Origin: Stegostoma tigrinum
Lineage: Eukaryota
Length of the DNA: 64,000 nt
NCBI RefSeq assembly: GCF_030684315.1
Contig: NC_081372.1
Span: 51,246,987 to 51,310,986 of the forward strand
Direction of reading: 5' to 3'
In this document: one piece after another, positions 21,038 through 34,744 of the stretch
How positions within the stretch are numbered: position 1 is the first letter of the stretch
Layout: every line of letters begins with the position of its first letter
The notes under the pieces: model-generated
Told to the model about the DNA's origin: nothing
What the model saw: the letters and a program-made list of their open reading frames with translations, nothing else
Databases searched by the model: none
Position numbers and translations under genes: made by a program

Positions 21038-23860
21038 TTACTGGACATTCTACAACAACTTCGACCATTCTGAAAAGTTTGGAAGATATTTGATTGAAAA
21101 CCTAAATAGTTTAAATACTCAATACTAAACCAACACAATATCGCTAATTTTTAAAAAATTTGCACATACCATCAAAATCAAGATTGCATCACTGTTCTTG
21201 TCCCACTCGCTGATGAATTCATGAAATTCCTCCTCGGTAACATGCTCCCCAGCCTCCTCGATGACAATATTCAGCTCATCACGATCAATGAGACTGTCAG
21301 CATTGCTAGAGTCATCAAGAAAAGTGTGAATGTCACAATCCAGCAATGTTTTCTACATTACCAAAATAGAAATAGTGAAAAGATCATATTCATCTAATTT
21401 CAGTTTCTTTCTGTCTGGAAATTTACATTGTTTAATCTCATCAAGTAATCCATTTTAATCACTGGCTTACAACAAATCGAGATATGTTGTACAATCATCT
21501 GAGGAAACAGCTTCATACAGCTTAGGTCTAAACTCACCTGTTCCATCCAAAAATGATATATTTCCCACACAATGTCTCAAATTTCTCAAGGCCTGAATTG
21601 CACCGTGTGCCCTCTGCTCTGAAAGCAATTACAAAATATTTGTCATTATAGCCTTTGACTCTCTGAGTTGGAACTAGCTTCCCTTTCATTCCAGTGACAA
21701 TAATGAATCACACTTGCTGTGTCCACAATTTGGTTCATGACAGTTTTCTTCTGAAAATCTTCGATTGATTTTCTCTTCTTATGTTCTCCATCACTTTTTA
21801 CGTGGATAAGTGTGTTGCTGACAAGGACTGCATTGTTGTCCATGCCTAATTGCTCTTTAATGGGGTTGCTTGTTCAGTAATTTCAGAGTGCAGTTACAAA
21901 TCAGACAACGTTCCACTGGTCTGGATATATATTCCGGCCAGCAAGGTAAGGATGGCAGATTGTCTTCCTTGAAAGAGACAAGTGAACCACATAGGTTTTC
22001 ACAACAATCAATAACACTTGTCACGATCATCACCACATCACTTTTATGCTGCAGATGTATTGATTGAGTTTACTATATCACTAGCTCACAGGATGAGATT
22101 TGAAAGTTTGTTCTTGGAGCATCAGCATGATCCACTGGCTCACTCGTCTGGGACATTTCCATTATGCTACTACCTCCCTGAAGTGAAAACATGCTGTCTG
22201 TCAAAGTTGTCAAAACATCTGTGAGTATTGCATATATCTATGGATCACTCTTTAGTCTTCTTTGTTGAAGGGACAATAGACTCAACTGTTAATACTTTCC
22301 TGATGTGTGAAGCTGAGGATTTTTAGTCTCAACCTGGTCAATCCTCAAAGAACTGTCTCCAGGCAACTCTGATATCTTTTAGTATAAAATCATGAAAGGT
22401 GCACCATGTCACATGCAATGTAAATGAAACAAATTTCAATACATGTTTGCCAGTTGCGAGTCCTGCTAGGAATGTTCTAGGAACAAATGTTTCCACACTT
22501 CTACCTCACTTTGGATATGAAGAAATTATATTGAGCTGAAAACACAGACTCTTTTTTGCTTCTCTAGATAGATGGTGTTAAAGCGAGTGACATTAATGAT
22601 TCTCATTATTATTTCATCTTTTCAGCTTCTGCAGTATTTTGTATCATTGACATACTCGTTTGCTGCAACGGTTTACTTACATGAAGCAAAAGGTAAAGTC
22701 ACCTTTGTGTCAACATATCAGGTGGCTGCTATTTCATTAGAGAGAGATGATTGGTGGTGAGTTCGACCAGACGGTCACTGTGACTGAGTTGAGAGTTGAG
22801 GGGTGTCATTCACGGTAACTTGAGCTGGTGTAGGAATTAAACCCACACTATTGTGTATGCTCTCCCTTGCAAACCAGTTAACCAGGGAACTGAGCTAATC
22901 GGTCCCGTACCCTACATTTCCTTGAAGCAGGGATGTTTTTCTGATTGCTTTGCTGATCTTTTAGAAACTTGTCTCTTTTTCAATACATACAACGGAGAAT
23001 CAACAAACTCAAAATAGAATTGCTGCGCTATCATGTTTATACCAGTCATGTAGAATCTCAAACTCACCCATCAAATACGCGAAAGAATTCTGCGATGTCT
23101 TTGTCAGACATCCTTTCACTTCTTCTCTCATTTGACTCGCCATCGTCACTAAGAACTCTTCAAAATCAATGGTGCCGCTACCTAAGACCACACTCAGTTG
23201 TAAGCTCTGTCCATTGTTAAACATGAATATTTGTGAACCAAACGATTTTTGAAGTGAAACTGCTAATGTTTAAGCTGCATGTTACCCTTTTTGAGACCAA
23301 TTGCAATCTGAGAATTGACTATCTTTGGGACACCCAAGATATCAGGCAAACGTGAAATGAAGTAAACTGTTGCGTACTAAATCGTGAAGATATGAAATAA
23401 TTTACAATTAGATTTAGAATTTTTTTATCATGTGTACTCAAGTACAGTATTACAGGAGTACAGTGAAAATGTACAACATTGCCACGCATGTCCCATTTCT
23501 TGATAAAAGGTACTTGCGCCCAAAAAATGTAGGTACAAATTAGTAACTGAAAAAGAGTTAAAAAGTTGTGCGTTACCTTCAGATAGCAAGTAGAAAAATA
23601 AAGAATAAAGATCATAGTTAACATTACAGTTCTTCTTAATTTAGTCTAGAAAGTAGAACAGCTTTTTTACCTCCAGTATTTTTCTTCTCTGCTCCAGAAG
23701 GATTCGTCGAAGAAATAACTTCACAGAGTAAAGTTACGCACAACACAATTTGGATTCTGCTGTACATTGGAACGATCAAACGCACAAACTGGAAGACCAT
23801 TTTGCCGAGTACTTCAACGCAGCTCGTAAGAATGTCCCTGTGCTTTCTTTGACGTGTCAT
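21038..23860 (-). pseudogene. TNNC2-like: U4: troponin C C-half copy, pseudogene
   Basis: Exon 4 23181-23068 is 114 nt (-1). Exon 5 21305-21170 is 136 nt (-1). Exon 6 from 21069 has a premature TAG. The exon A donor is GT>AG and the proximal AATAAA is lost. Confidence 0.88.
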
Positions 23861-26485
23861 TTTAATTCACCATGATGCTCTCTGGCTGACATTGACTTGG
23901 CCTGCTGCACTGTTCCAAGGAAGGTCAAGGTAACAAACTGTGCCTTGTCTTTCAATAAAGCATTTTATAGCTGCATCGGCTGCAACTTTTCATTCCATTT
24001 CACAGAGTGCTCCATTTTGTTTCCAAATCTTTCCTTTTGAATGTTTGTTCAGTAAAGGTGCACACCTGCTTCAGGCACATTTTGGTTTATTTGTTTGCTT
24101 TCTTGCCCCAAATCAATTTGCTTTGGCCCCAGAAGACTGACTCTTCTGTCATCAAATTTCCCTGTCTTTCATTGCATCACAGATCTTTCTTTTGTACGAA
24201 AGATGGCCGGGTGGAGAAGTTAAATGACAGGCCTCTGAAATCTGCAAAATTAAACAATGAAGGCCCCCATTGAGAACCCAGCACAGGAAATGCTTTTGGA
24301 AATTTCATGATTCCATCACCCTGTGAGACTTCTTCACCTCCCCGTGCCAACTTCCGGATGCTGTGAGTGCCTGCCTCGAGGTAAGAATTTTCCTCCAAGC
24401 AGGCTGGTCTTGATATCTGTTCAGCACGTAGATAAATATATAGCGAGGTACTATCACCTGGATGTGCCTACTATTCACTTGTGACGTTTTGGTTGAATGT
24501 CTTGAGCCACTGCCATCCATTTAGTGCAAGTCAGCTCACAATGTCTGCAATGACACAAAGACATGGTGTAAATGGAGATATAGTTCCAAGTCAGGATGGT
24601 GAGTGTCTTGCAGGGGAATGTGCAGGTGGTGGTGTTCCCATGTACTTGCTGCCGTTCTATTTCCAGGTGGTAAAGTTCATGGGATAAGCATATTTTTTCG
24701 ACTGAACCTTGGTGAGTTTCTGTAATGCATCTTGTAAATGGTGCTGAGTGTATTGTTACACTACTTGTTCCTTGATTTCATGTGTGAGTTTCATACTTTA
24801 AGTTGTTTGAGGCAATTGTCACCTCTTTTTGCCTTCAACACTAAGTGTTGCACAGTGTATCAGTGGTTTGCACTGTTGCCTCACGTAGAGCTGAGTTCAA
24901 TTCCACCCTTGGCCAACTGTCTGCGTGGAGTTTGCACATTCTCCCTGTGTCTATGTGGGTTTCCTCTGGTTACTCCATTTAATTCCTGCAGGCCAAAGAT
25001 GTGCATGCTAGGTGAGCAGGCCATGCTAAATTGCGCATGGTATCTTGGGGAGGGTAGATTCTATGAATTAACCATGGGAAATGCAAGGTTACAAGGAAAG
25101 AGTTGCGTGAGGGATGGTCCATAGAGTGTTGGTGTAAATGTGATGGACAATGCAGCCTGTTTCCACACTGTTAGTATTCTACGATTAAACATAATGGTGC
25201 AATGGCTTACTCATAACAATTCTTTAAGTGAACTTTCACCAACTGCAGCTTGTTTTGCAGAATTATTGTGATAAATGTATTGTTATACGACTTGTTCCTT
25301 GATTTACTGCATGTGTTTCATGCTTTAAATGTTGTGAGGCAATTGCCATCTTGTCTTTCCCTGTAATTCTAAGGGTTGCATGGTGTCTCAGTGGTTAGCA
25401 CTGCTTCCTCACAGTGACAGGGAGCTGTGTTCAATTCCACTCTTGGCCAACTGTCTGTGTGGAGTTTGCACATTCTCCCTGTGTCCATGTGTTTCCCCCA
25501 GTTGCTCCAGTTCCTTCCCATAGTCCAAAGACATGCATTTTGGCCAGTTTGGCCATGCTAAGTTGCCCATAGTATCTCGGGGAGAGTAGGTTAGATGAAT
25601 TAACCATGGGCGATGCAGGGTTACAAGTACAGGGGAGAGCGTGGGATGCTCTGTGGACGAGTGGTGTGGGCTTGATGGGCTGAATAGCCTGCTTCCACAC
25701 TGTAATGATTCTATCGTTAAACATAAAGGCACAATGGATCACTCATAACAATCATTTGAGTAAATGTTCACCAACTGCAGCTTGTTGTGCTAATGACTGA
25801 GCTGTGGCTCTGTTTGATGCACTCATGTCTGAATGTCAAGTAGTGGTTTCTCGTCTAACACTCGAACCTGCTGACGAGCGCCCAGTGTAATACCAAGGGT
25901 GTGTTGCTTCTCAGATACTTTTTCTTTTGGATGACAGCCACGATCTGTGGATCCTCTAACATGATTTAAAAGACAAGCAGGAGAGGCCAATATTTATTCC
26001 TCATAATATCACAAAAACAGGTTATCTACTTCTGTGGGCTTTGTGTATGCAGTTTGATGACTGCATTTCCTTCATAAAATACTGAATACCCTTTCAAAAT
26101 ACTGCATATCTTTAACACCTGTTTAAGATATGCTGTGTTCATGAAAGATGTACCATTTAACTGGAAATGGTTTTGGTGCCAATATAGAAAACTCTTTTGA
26201 ATGATATAATTGAACATTGTCAACTGCTAAAAATAGAGAACAAAAATCTACAGAATCCGTGGCATTCACTAAATGAAATGCAACAACAATTGGTTGGAAA
26301 AACATTGAGATTAGATTTATTAGGAAAGGGTTGCAAATAAACTGTGCAGTGTTCCGTGCCGGTAACAAAATGACAAAGCATTTCGTTCATAGGAGTTACG
26401 TCTTCCTCACAAAGAAAAAAACTGTAGCAGCCAGGAATTCATTAACTTGTTGAATCATAATGGATTGCTGAGGGACGCTGGTTAC

Positions 26486-26748
26486 TTATTGGGTCTTCTC
26501 CATCATCTTCACCCATTCTGTAGACAGAGGAAGGTATATGATTCTTTTAAATACTCAATACTAAACCAATATAGTATCACTAATGAATTTGTTTTTATTA
26601 TTTGGACATACAACAAACATCAAGTTTCCCATCATTGTTCTTGTCCGATTGTTTCATGAATTCATGAATTTCCTCCTCTGCAAAATGTTTCCCAATAGCA
26701 TTGATGACAACATTCAGCTCATGACGATCGATGAAACCATCAGCATTG
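26486..26748 (-). pseudogene. TNNC2-like: U5: divergent copy with exons 5-6 only
   Basis: Exon 5 26748-26612 reads NADGFIDRHELNVVINAIGKHFAEEEIHEFMKQSDKNNDGKLDVC. The junction T|AA creates a stop. Exon 6 26517-26486 reads WVKMMEKTQ*. Exon 4 and exon A are removed by a deletion at about 28090. Confidence 0.85.
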
Positions 26749-29681
26749 CTGGAGTCAGCAAGAAAAGTATGAATGTCCCCAATCCAGTCAAGTTATCCTA
26801 CTGACCAAAATAGAAGTTGCTGCATGAGAAAAGATCAGGTCCATCCTGAGCTTCAGAAACCTCAGGTCTAAAGTCATCTGTTCAATCCGAGAAAGCTACA
26901 CTTCCCACACAATGTCTCAAATTACTCAAGTCCTGAACAGAATAGTGTGCCCTCTACTCTGAATGCAATTTCAAAGAATTTGTCTTTATAAACTTCTATT
27001 ACATTCAATCCATGCCTCGCTTCCCTTTAATTGGTATTGTAATCTTGAATACATTTTTGTTTCGACATTTTTGGTCATGGCAGTTTTTGTTTGAAGTATC
27101 TTCGGATGATTGTCTCTACTTATGCCCTCCGTAGCTTTTTACATGGATCTGACAAGGGCGGCATTGTTGTCCATGCCGAATTGCTCTCGAATGGACTTGC
27201 TCGTTGAGTAATTCCAGAATGCAGTTACACATCAGACACAATTCTAGTGAACTGGAGACACTTTCAGACCAGAGAGGTAAGGATGGTGGATTGTCTTCCA
27301 TAAAGGACTCAAGTGAATCAGAGAGGCTTTCACAATAATCAGTGGCAATTGTCACAGTCATCCTTAAGGTTATGCTACAGGTTTTTTGACTGAGATTTCT
27401 AATTCAACAGCTGACAGGATGCGATTTCAAAGCTTGCTCCTGGAGCATCAGCATGGGCCACTGGCTCCTTAGTCCAGTGATAGTTCCACAATCTTCCCAT
27501 CTCCCTGAAGTGAAAACATGCTGTCTGCCCATGTTGTCAAAATATCTATGAACTTTGCATCCGTATTTGTGTCACCACCTGCTTGCAACAGTAGTGGACT
27601 CACCAAATTTAAGGGCATTTAAATTGTCATTGGATATACATATGGATGATAATGGAATAGTGTAAGTTAGATGGGCTTCAGATTGGTTTCACAGATCAGC
27701 GCAACATCGAGGACCGAATGGCCTGTGCTGCACTGTAATGTTCTCTGTTCTATCTTCTTTATTGAAGCGAAAATAGACTCAACTGTCAATCTTTTCCCTC
27801 GGTGTATACCTGAGGATTTCTAGTCTCATCCTCATAAAACCTGGTAGCACGATCTCCAGTGCCACTTCAACCCTTTTTATGAAATGATGAAAGTAACTGC
27901 ATGTGACATATGATGCAGATGAAACAAATTTCAATACATGTTTGACAGTTGCTAGTTTTGCTGGAAACGTTTCTTGCACCAAATGTTTCTGTATTTCTAC
28001 CTCAATTCAGGTTTGAAGAAATTGTGTTGGACCCAGGCACAAACACCGTTTACATGTCTCTAAAGATGGTGCTAAACACGGTGAGATTTGTACTCTATGT
28101 ACTCAGTGTACTCTATTTTCTTTCCTTTTTAATATTTGTTTAGCTAGAGGCACACCTGGCTGAGGCTCATTTTGGTTTATTTGTTTACTTTCTTGCACCA
28201 CATCAATTTCCTTTGACCCCTGAGGACTGACTCGTCCGCCATCAGTTTTCCCTGTAACCCACTGCATCACAGATCTTTCTTTTGTACGAAAGATGGCCGG
28301 GTGGAGAACTAAATTGACAGGCCTCTGAAATGTGCAAGATTAAAGAATGAAGGCCCCCATTGAAAACCCAGCACAGGAAATGCTTTTGGAATTTTCATGT
28401 TTACATCACGCTACGAGATTTCTTCACCTCCCCAGACCAGGTCCCAGATTCTGTGAGTGCCTGCCTTGAGGTAAGAATTTTCCTCCAAGCAGTCTGGTCT
28501 TGAGCTGGGTGCAATTCCACCCTTGGCCAACTGTCTGCGTGGAATTTGCACATTCTCCCTGCGTGTACATGGGTTTACTCTGGCTACTGCATTTACTTCC
28601 CGTAGACCAAAGATGAGCCTGTTAGTGAACAAACCATGCTTAATTGCCCATGGTATCTTGGGGAGGGTAGACTAGATGAATAAGCCATGGGAAATGCATG
28701 GTTACAAGGATAGAGGAGAGTGAGGGATGCTCTTTGGAGGGTTGGTGTGGACTTGATGGACTAAGCAGACTGTTTCCACAATGTAAGGATTCTATGATAA
28801 AATGTAATGGTGCGATGGTTTACTCATAACAATCATTTCAGTGAACTGTCACCAACTGCAGCTTGTTGTGCTCTAGACTGTGCTGTGGTTCAGTGTGAAG
28901 CATTCGTGTGTGTGAATTCAAATTTGTAGTTTCCAATCTGGCATTGACAGCAGCTGATTAATGTGTAGTGAATGGCAGTGATAATGTTGAACTTTAAGAT
29001 AATTTGTCATTTGGATGACAGCCGTCATCTGTGGATCCTGGGATATGATTTGAAAGGAGAGCCGGAGAGGCCAATATTTATTCCTCATATTATCACAAAA
29101 GTGGCTTGTCTACGAATGTAGAATTTGCTGTGTGCAGGTTGTTGACGAAGTATTCTTCATGAAGTGTTGAATATCCTTTGAAAATACTTCAGTATTTATA
29201 CGACTATCGAGATATGCTGTGTTCATGAAAGATGTGCCATGTCAAGAAAATGGTTTTGCTGTCAATATATAGAAACTGCTTTTTCACTTTCTCATTTGAT
29301 TTTGTTGCCTGCTGGAAATAGAGGGTAAATATCCAGAGAATCCCTGTCACTCACAAGTGAAATGCAACAACCGGGTGGAAAAAATTGGCATTAACTTTAT
29401 TAGGAAATGGTTTTGAATAAATTGTGCAGCGTTCCAGGCTGAGAGGAAAATCACTGAACATTTCATACATATGCATTTGCTTCTTCCTCACAAAGAGAGA
29501 ATTAGAGCAGCTATGAAGCTCTTTGCTATATATGTAGCTCCAGTCCTGTCAATCAGATTTTGAATACTTTGCAATCATTGAGTGTATTTCAGATGTCTAG
29601 GCAGTTGATCGGAGAAGGGTGACGACACACAGGTCATGAAATTGTTGTATCACAGTTGGTTGCTGAGCGATGTTGGCTGTT

Positions 29682-31832
29682 TTACTGGTCATTCTTCAAC
29701 AACTTCGACCATGCTGTATGTGGTGGAAGACATTTGATTGAAAGCAGACATAGTTTAAATACTCAATAATAAACCCACACAATATTGATAATTTTTAAAA
29801 ATTTGCACATACCATCAAAGTCAAGTTTGCCATCACTGTTCTTGTCCCACTCCCTGATGAGTTCATGAACTTCCTCCTCTGTAACATGCTCCCCAGAAGT
29901 CTTGAATGTAAAATACAGCTCAGAACATTCGATGAAGCCGTCAGCATTGCTAGAGTCATCAAGAAAAGTATGAAAGTCCCCAATCCAGCAATGTTATCTA
30001 CCTTACCAAAATAGAAGTTGAGAAAAGATCATATCCATCTAATTTCACTTTCTTCTGTCTGGAAGTTTACATTATTTAATCTCATCAAGTAATCCAATTT
30101 AAAAACTGGCGTACAACAAATCGAGATATCATGCACAAACACATGTGGAAATAGCTTCATAAACCTCACATTTGAACTCACCTTTTTCATCCAAAAATGA
30201 TACATTTCCCACACAATGTCTCAAATTTCTCAAGACCTGAATTCAATAGTGTGCCCTCTGCTCTGAAAGCAATTACAAATAATTTGTCATTATCACCTTC
30301 GATTATGTTCAATTGGAAATGGCTTCCCTTTCATTCCAAAGATAAAATTGAATCACACTTTGTGCTCTTCCACAATTGTGTTCGTGACCGTTTTGTTTTC
30401 TGAAATCTTCTGTTGATATTCTCTACTTATGTTCTCCATCGCCTTTTACATGGATAAGTGTCTTGCTGACAACGACTGTATTGTTGTCCATGCCTAATTG
30501 CACTTGAATGGAGTTGTTTGTTCAGTAATTTCAGAGTGCAGTTACAAATCAGACAGTGTTCCACTGGTCTGGATATATATTCAGGCCAGCAAGGTAAGGA
30601 TGGCAGATTGTCTTCCTTGAAGGAGACAAGTGAACCACATAGGTTTTCACAACAACCTCTCAGACTTTTCACTATCATCAACGACATCAGTTTTATGCTG
30701 CAGATGTATTGATTGAGTTTTCTATTTCACTAGCTCACCGGATGAGATTTGAAAGTTTGTTCTTGGAGCATCAGCAGGATCCACTGGCTCACTCGTCTGG
30801 GACATTTCCATTATGCTACTACCTCCCTGAAGTGAAAACATGCTGTCTATCCACATTTTCAAAACATCTGTGAGTATTGCAACTATCTAATGGATCACCG
30901 TTTAGTCTTCTTTGTTGAAGGGAAAATAGTCTCAACTGTTAATACTTTCCTGATGTGTGAAGCTGAGGATTTTTAGCCTCAACCTGGTAAATCCTCAAAG
31001 AACTGTCTCCAGGCGACTCTTATATCTTTTCGTATAAGATCATGAAAGGTGCACCATGTCACATGCAATGTAAATGAAACAAATTTCAACACATGTTTGC
31101 CAGTTGCGAGTCCCGCTAGAAATGTTCTAGGAACAAATGTTTCCACACTTCTACCTCACTTTGGATATGACGAAGTTATATTGAGCTGAAAACACAGACT
31201 CTTTTTCACTTCTCTAGATAGATGGTGTTAAAGCGAGTGACATTAATGATTCTCATTATTATTTCATCTTTTCAGCTTCTGAAGTATTTTGTATAATTGA
31301 TATACTTATTTGCTACAATGGTTTATTTACATGAACCAAAAGGCAAAATCACCTTTGTGTCAACATATCAGGTGGCTGCTACTTCATTAGAGAGAGATGA
31401 TTGGTGGTGACTTCGACCAGAGGGTCACTGTGACTGAGTTGAGTGTTGAGGGGAGTCATTCACGGTAACCTGAGGTGGTGTAGGAATTAAACCCACACTA
31501 TTGTTTATGCTCTCCCTTGCAAAGTAGCTAAACAGGCAACTTAGCTAGTCGGCCCCGTACCCTACATTTCCTTGAAGCAGGGATGTTTTTCTGATTGCTT
31601 TGCTGATCTTTTCGGAACTTGTCACTTTTTCAATACATACAATGGAGAATCAACAAACTCAAAATAGAATTGCTGCGCTATCATGTTTATATCAGTCATG
31701 TAGAATCTCAAACTCACCTATCAAATACACGAAAGAATTCTGCGATGTCTTTGTCAGACTTTCCTTTCACTTCTTCTCTCATCTGCCTCGCCAACGTCAC
31801 CAAGAACTCTTCAAAATCAATGGTGCCGCGAC
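29682..31832 (-). CDS. TNNC2-like: U6: intact troponin C-like exons 4-6 (5' exon uncertain)
   Basis: join(31832-31718, 29949-29813, 29713-29682), GT-AG and open: RGTIDFEEFLVTLARQMREEVKGKSDKDIAEFFRVFDS/NADGFIECSELYFTFKTSGEHVTEEEVHELIREWDKNSDGKLDFD/AWSKLLKNDQ*. The exon A donor is AT; candidate exon B is 32892-32717. Confidence 0.7.
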
Positions 31833-34744
31833 CTAAGACCACACTCAGTTGTAAGCTCTGTCCATTGTTAAACATGAATATTTGTGAACCAAACAATTTT
31901 TGAAGAGAAACTGCAAATGTTTTAGCTGCATGTTACCCTTTTTGAGACCAATTGCAATCTGAGATTTGACTATCTTTGGGACACCCAAGATATCAGTCAA
32001 ACGTGAAATGGAGAAAACTGTTGCGTACTAAATCGTGAAGATATGAAATAATTTACAATTAGATTTAGAATTTTTTTATCATGTGTACTCAAGTACAGTA
32101 TTACAAGAGTACAGTGAAAATGTACAACATTGCCATGCGTGTCCCATTTCTGGATCAAACGTAGTTGTGCCCAAAAAATGTAGGTACAAATTAGTAACTG
32201 AAAAAGAGTTAAAAAGTTAAGCATTACCTTCAGATAGCAAGTAGAAAAATAAAGAATAAAGGTCATAGTTAACATTACAGATCTTCTTAATTTAGTCTAG
32301 AAAGTAGAACAGCTTTTTAACCTCCAGTATTTTTCTTATCTGCTCCAGAAGGAATCGTCGAAGAAATAACTTCACAGAGTAAAATTAGACACAACACAAT
32401 TTGGATTCTGCTGTACATTGGAACGATCAAACGCACAAACTGGAAGACCATTTTGCCGAACACTTCAACGCAGCTGGTAAGAATGTCCCTGTGCTTTCTT
32501 TGACGTGTCACTTAAATTGCCCATGATGCTCTCTGGCTGACATTGACTTGGCCTGCTGCACTGTTCCAAGGAAGGTCAAGGTAACAAACTGTGCCTTGTC
32601 TTTCAATAAGGCATTTTATAGCTGCATGGGTTCCAACTGTTCATTCCATTTCACAGAGTGCTCCATCTTGTTTCCAAATCTTTCCTTCTGAATGTTTTTT
32701 CAGTAAAGGTGCACACCTGCTTCAGGCACATTTTGGTTTATTTGTTTGCTTTCTTGCCCCAAATCAATTTGCTTTGGCCCCAGAAGACCGACTCTTCTGT
32801 CATCAATTTTGCCTGTCTTCCATTGCATCACAGATCTTTCTTTTGCACGAAAGATGGCCGGGTGGAGAACTAAAATGTCAGGCCTCTGAAATCTGCAAGA
32901 TGAAAGAATGAAGGACCCCATTGAAAGCCCAGCACAGGAAATGCGTTTGGAATTTTCATGATTCCATCACCCTGTGAGACTTCTTCACCTCCCCGTGCCA
33001 ACTTCCAGATTCTGTGAGTGCCTGCCTCGAGATAAGAAATTTCCTCCAAGCAGTCTGGTTTTGATATCTGTCCAGCACGTAGATAAATATATAGCAAGGT
33101 ACGATCACCTGGACGTGCCTACGATTCACGTGTGACTGTTTTGGTTGAATATCTTGAGCCACTGCCATCCAATTAGTGCAAGTCAGCTCACAATGTCTGC
33201 ATGGCGGGAGTACCGGGTATGTGAAACAAAGTCATGGTGAATTTGGAGATCTAATTCCAAGTCAGGATGGTGAGTGTCATGGAGGGGAATGTGCAGGTGG
33301 TGGTGTTCCCATGTACTTGCTGCCGTTCTACTTCCAGGTGGTAATGTTCATGGGATAAGCATATTTTTTCGCCAGAACCTTGGTGAATTTCTGTGTTGCA
33401 TCTTGTAAATGGTGCTGAATGTATTGTTGCACTACTTGATCCTTGATTTCATTTTTGTGTCTCATACTTGAAATTGTGTGAGGCAATTGCCATCTCATTT
33501 TGTCTATAACACTAACTGTTGCAGAGTGGATCAGTGGTTGGTACTGCTTCCTCACAGTGACAGAGAGCTGGGTGCAATTCCACCCTTGGCCAACTGTCTG
33601 CGTGGAATTTGCACATTCTCCCTGCGTGTACATGGGTTTGCTCTGGCTACTGCATTTCCTTCCCGTAGACCAAAGATGAGCCTGTTAGTGAACAAACCAT
33701 GCTTAATTGCCCATGGTATCTTGGGGAGGGTAGACTAGATGAATAAGCCATGGGAGATGCATGGTTACAAGGATAGAGGAGAGTGAGGGATGCTCTTTGG
33801 AGGGTTGGTGTGGACTTGATGGACTAAGTAGACTGTTTCCACAATGTAAGGATTCTATGATAAAATGTAATGGTGCAATGGTTTACTCATAACAATCATT
33901 TCAGTGAACTGTCACCAACTGCAGCTTGTTGTGCTCTAGACTGTGCTGTGATTCAGAGTGAAGCATTCTTGTGTGTGAATTCAAATTTGTAGTTTCCAAT
34001 CTGACACTGACAGCAGCTGATTAATGTGCAGTGAATGGCAGTGATAATGTTGCACTTTAAGATAATTTGTCATTTGGATGACAGCCGTCATCTGTGGATC
34101 CTGGGATATGATTTGAAAGGAGAGCTGGAGAGGCCAATATTTATTCTTCATAATATCACAAAAGTGGCTTATCTACGAATGTAGAATTTGCTGTGTGCAG
34201 GTTGTTGACGAAGTATTCTTCATGAAGTGTTGAATACCCTTTGAAAATACTTCACTATTTATATGACTATCGAGATATGCTGTGTTCATTAAAGATGTGC
34301 CATGTCAAGAAAATGTTTTTGCTGCCAATATATAGAAACTGCTTTTTCACTTTCTCATTTGATTTTGTTGCCTGCTGGAAATAGAGGATAAATATCCAGA
34401 GAATCCCTGTCACTCACAAGTGAAACGCAACAACTGGGTGGAAAAAATTGGCATTAACTTTATTAGGAAATGGTTTTGAATAAATTGTGCAGCGTTCCAG
34501 GCTGAGAGGAAAATCACTGAGCGTTTCATACATATGCGATTGCTTCTTCCTCACAAAGAGAGAATTACAGCAGCTATGAAGCTCTTTGCTATATATGTAC
34601 CTCCAGTCCTGTCAATCAGATTTTGAATTCTTTGCAATCATTGAGTGTATTTCAGATGTCTAGGCAGTTGATCGGAGAAGGGTGACGACACACAGGTCAT
34701 GAAATTGTTGTATCACAGTGGGTTGCTGAGGGATGTTGGCTGTT

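Noticed and set aside
21170-23181. Compensating frameshifts restoring U4-type copies
   Set aside because: Both indels are -1 (net -2), so the frame is not restored, and the exon A donor and proximal AATAAA are also lost.
24738-25124. Recurrent 60-140 aa ORFs such as ...PPLANCLRGVCTFSL...
   Set aside because: They lie within V-SINE or LINE fragments and recur only because the unit is repeated.
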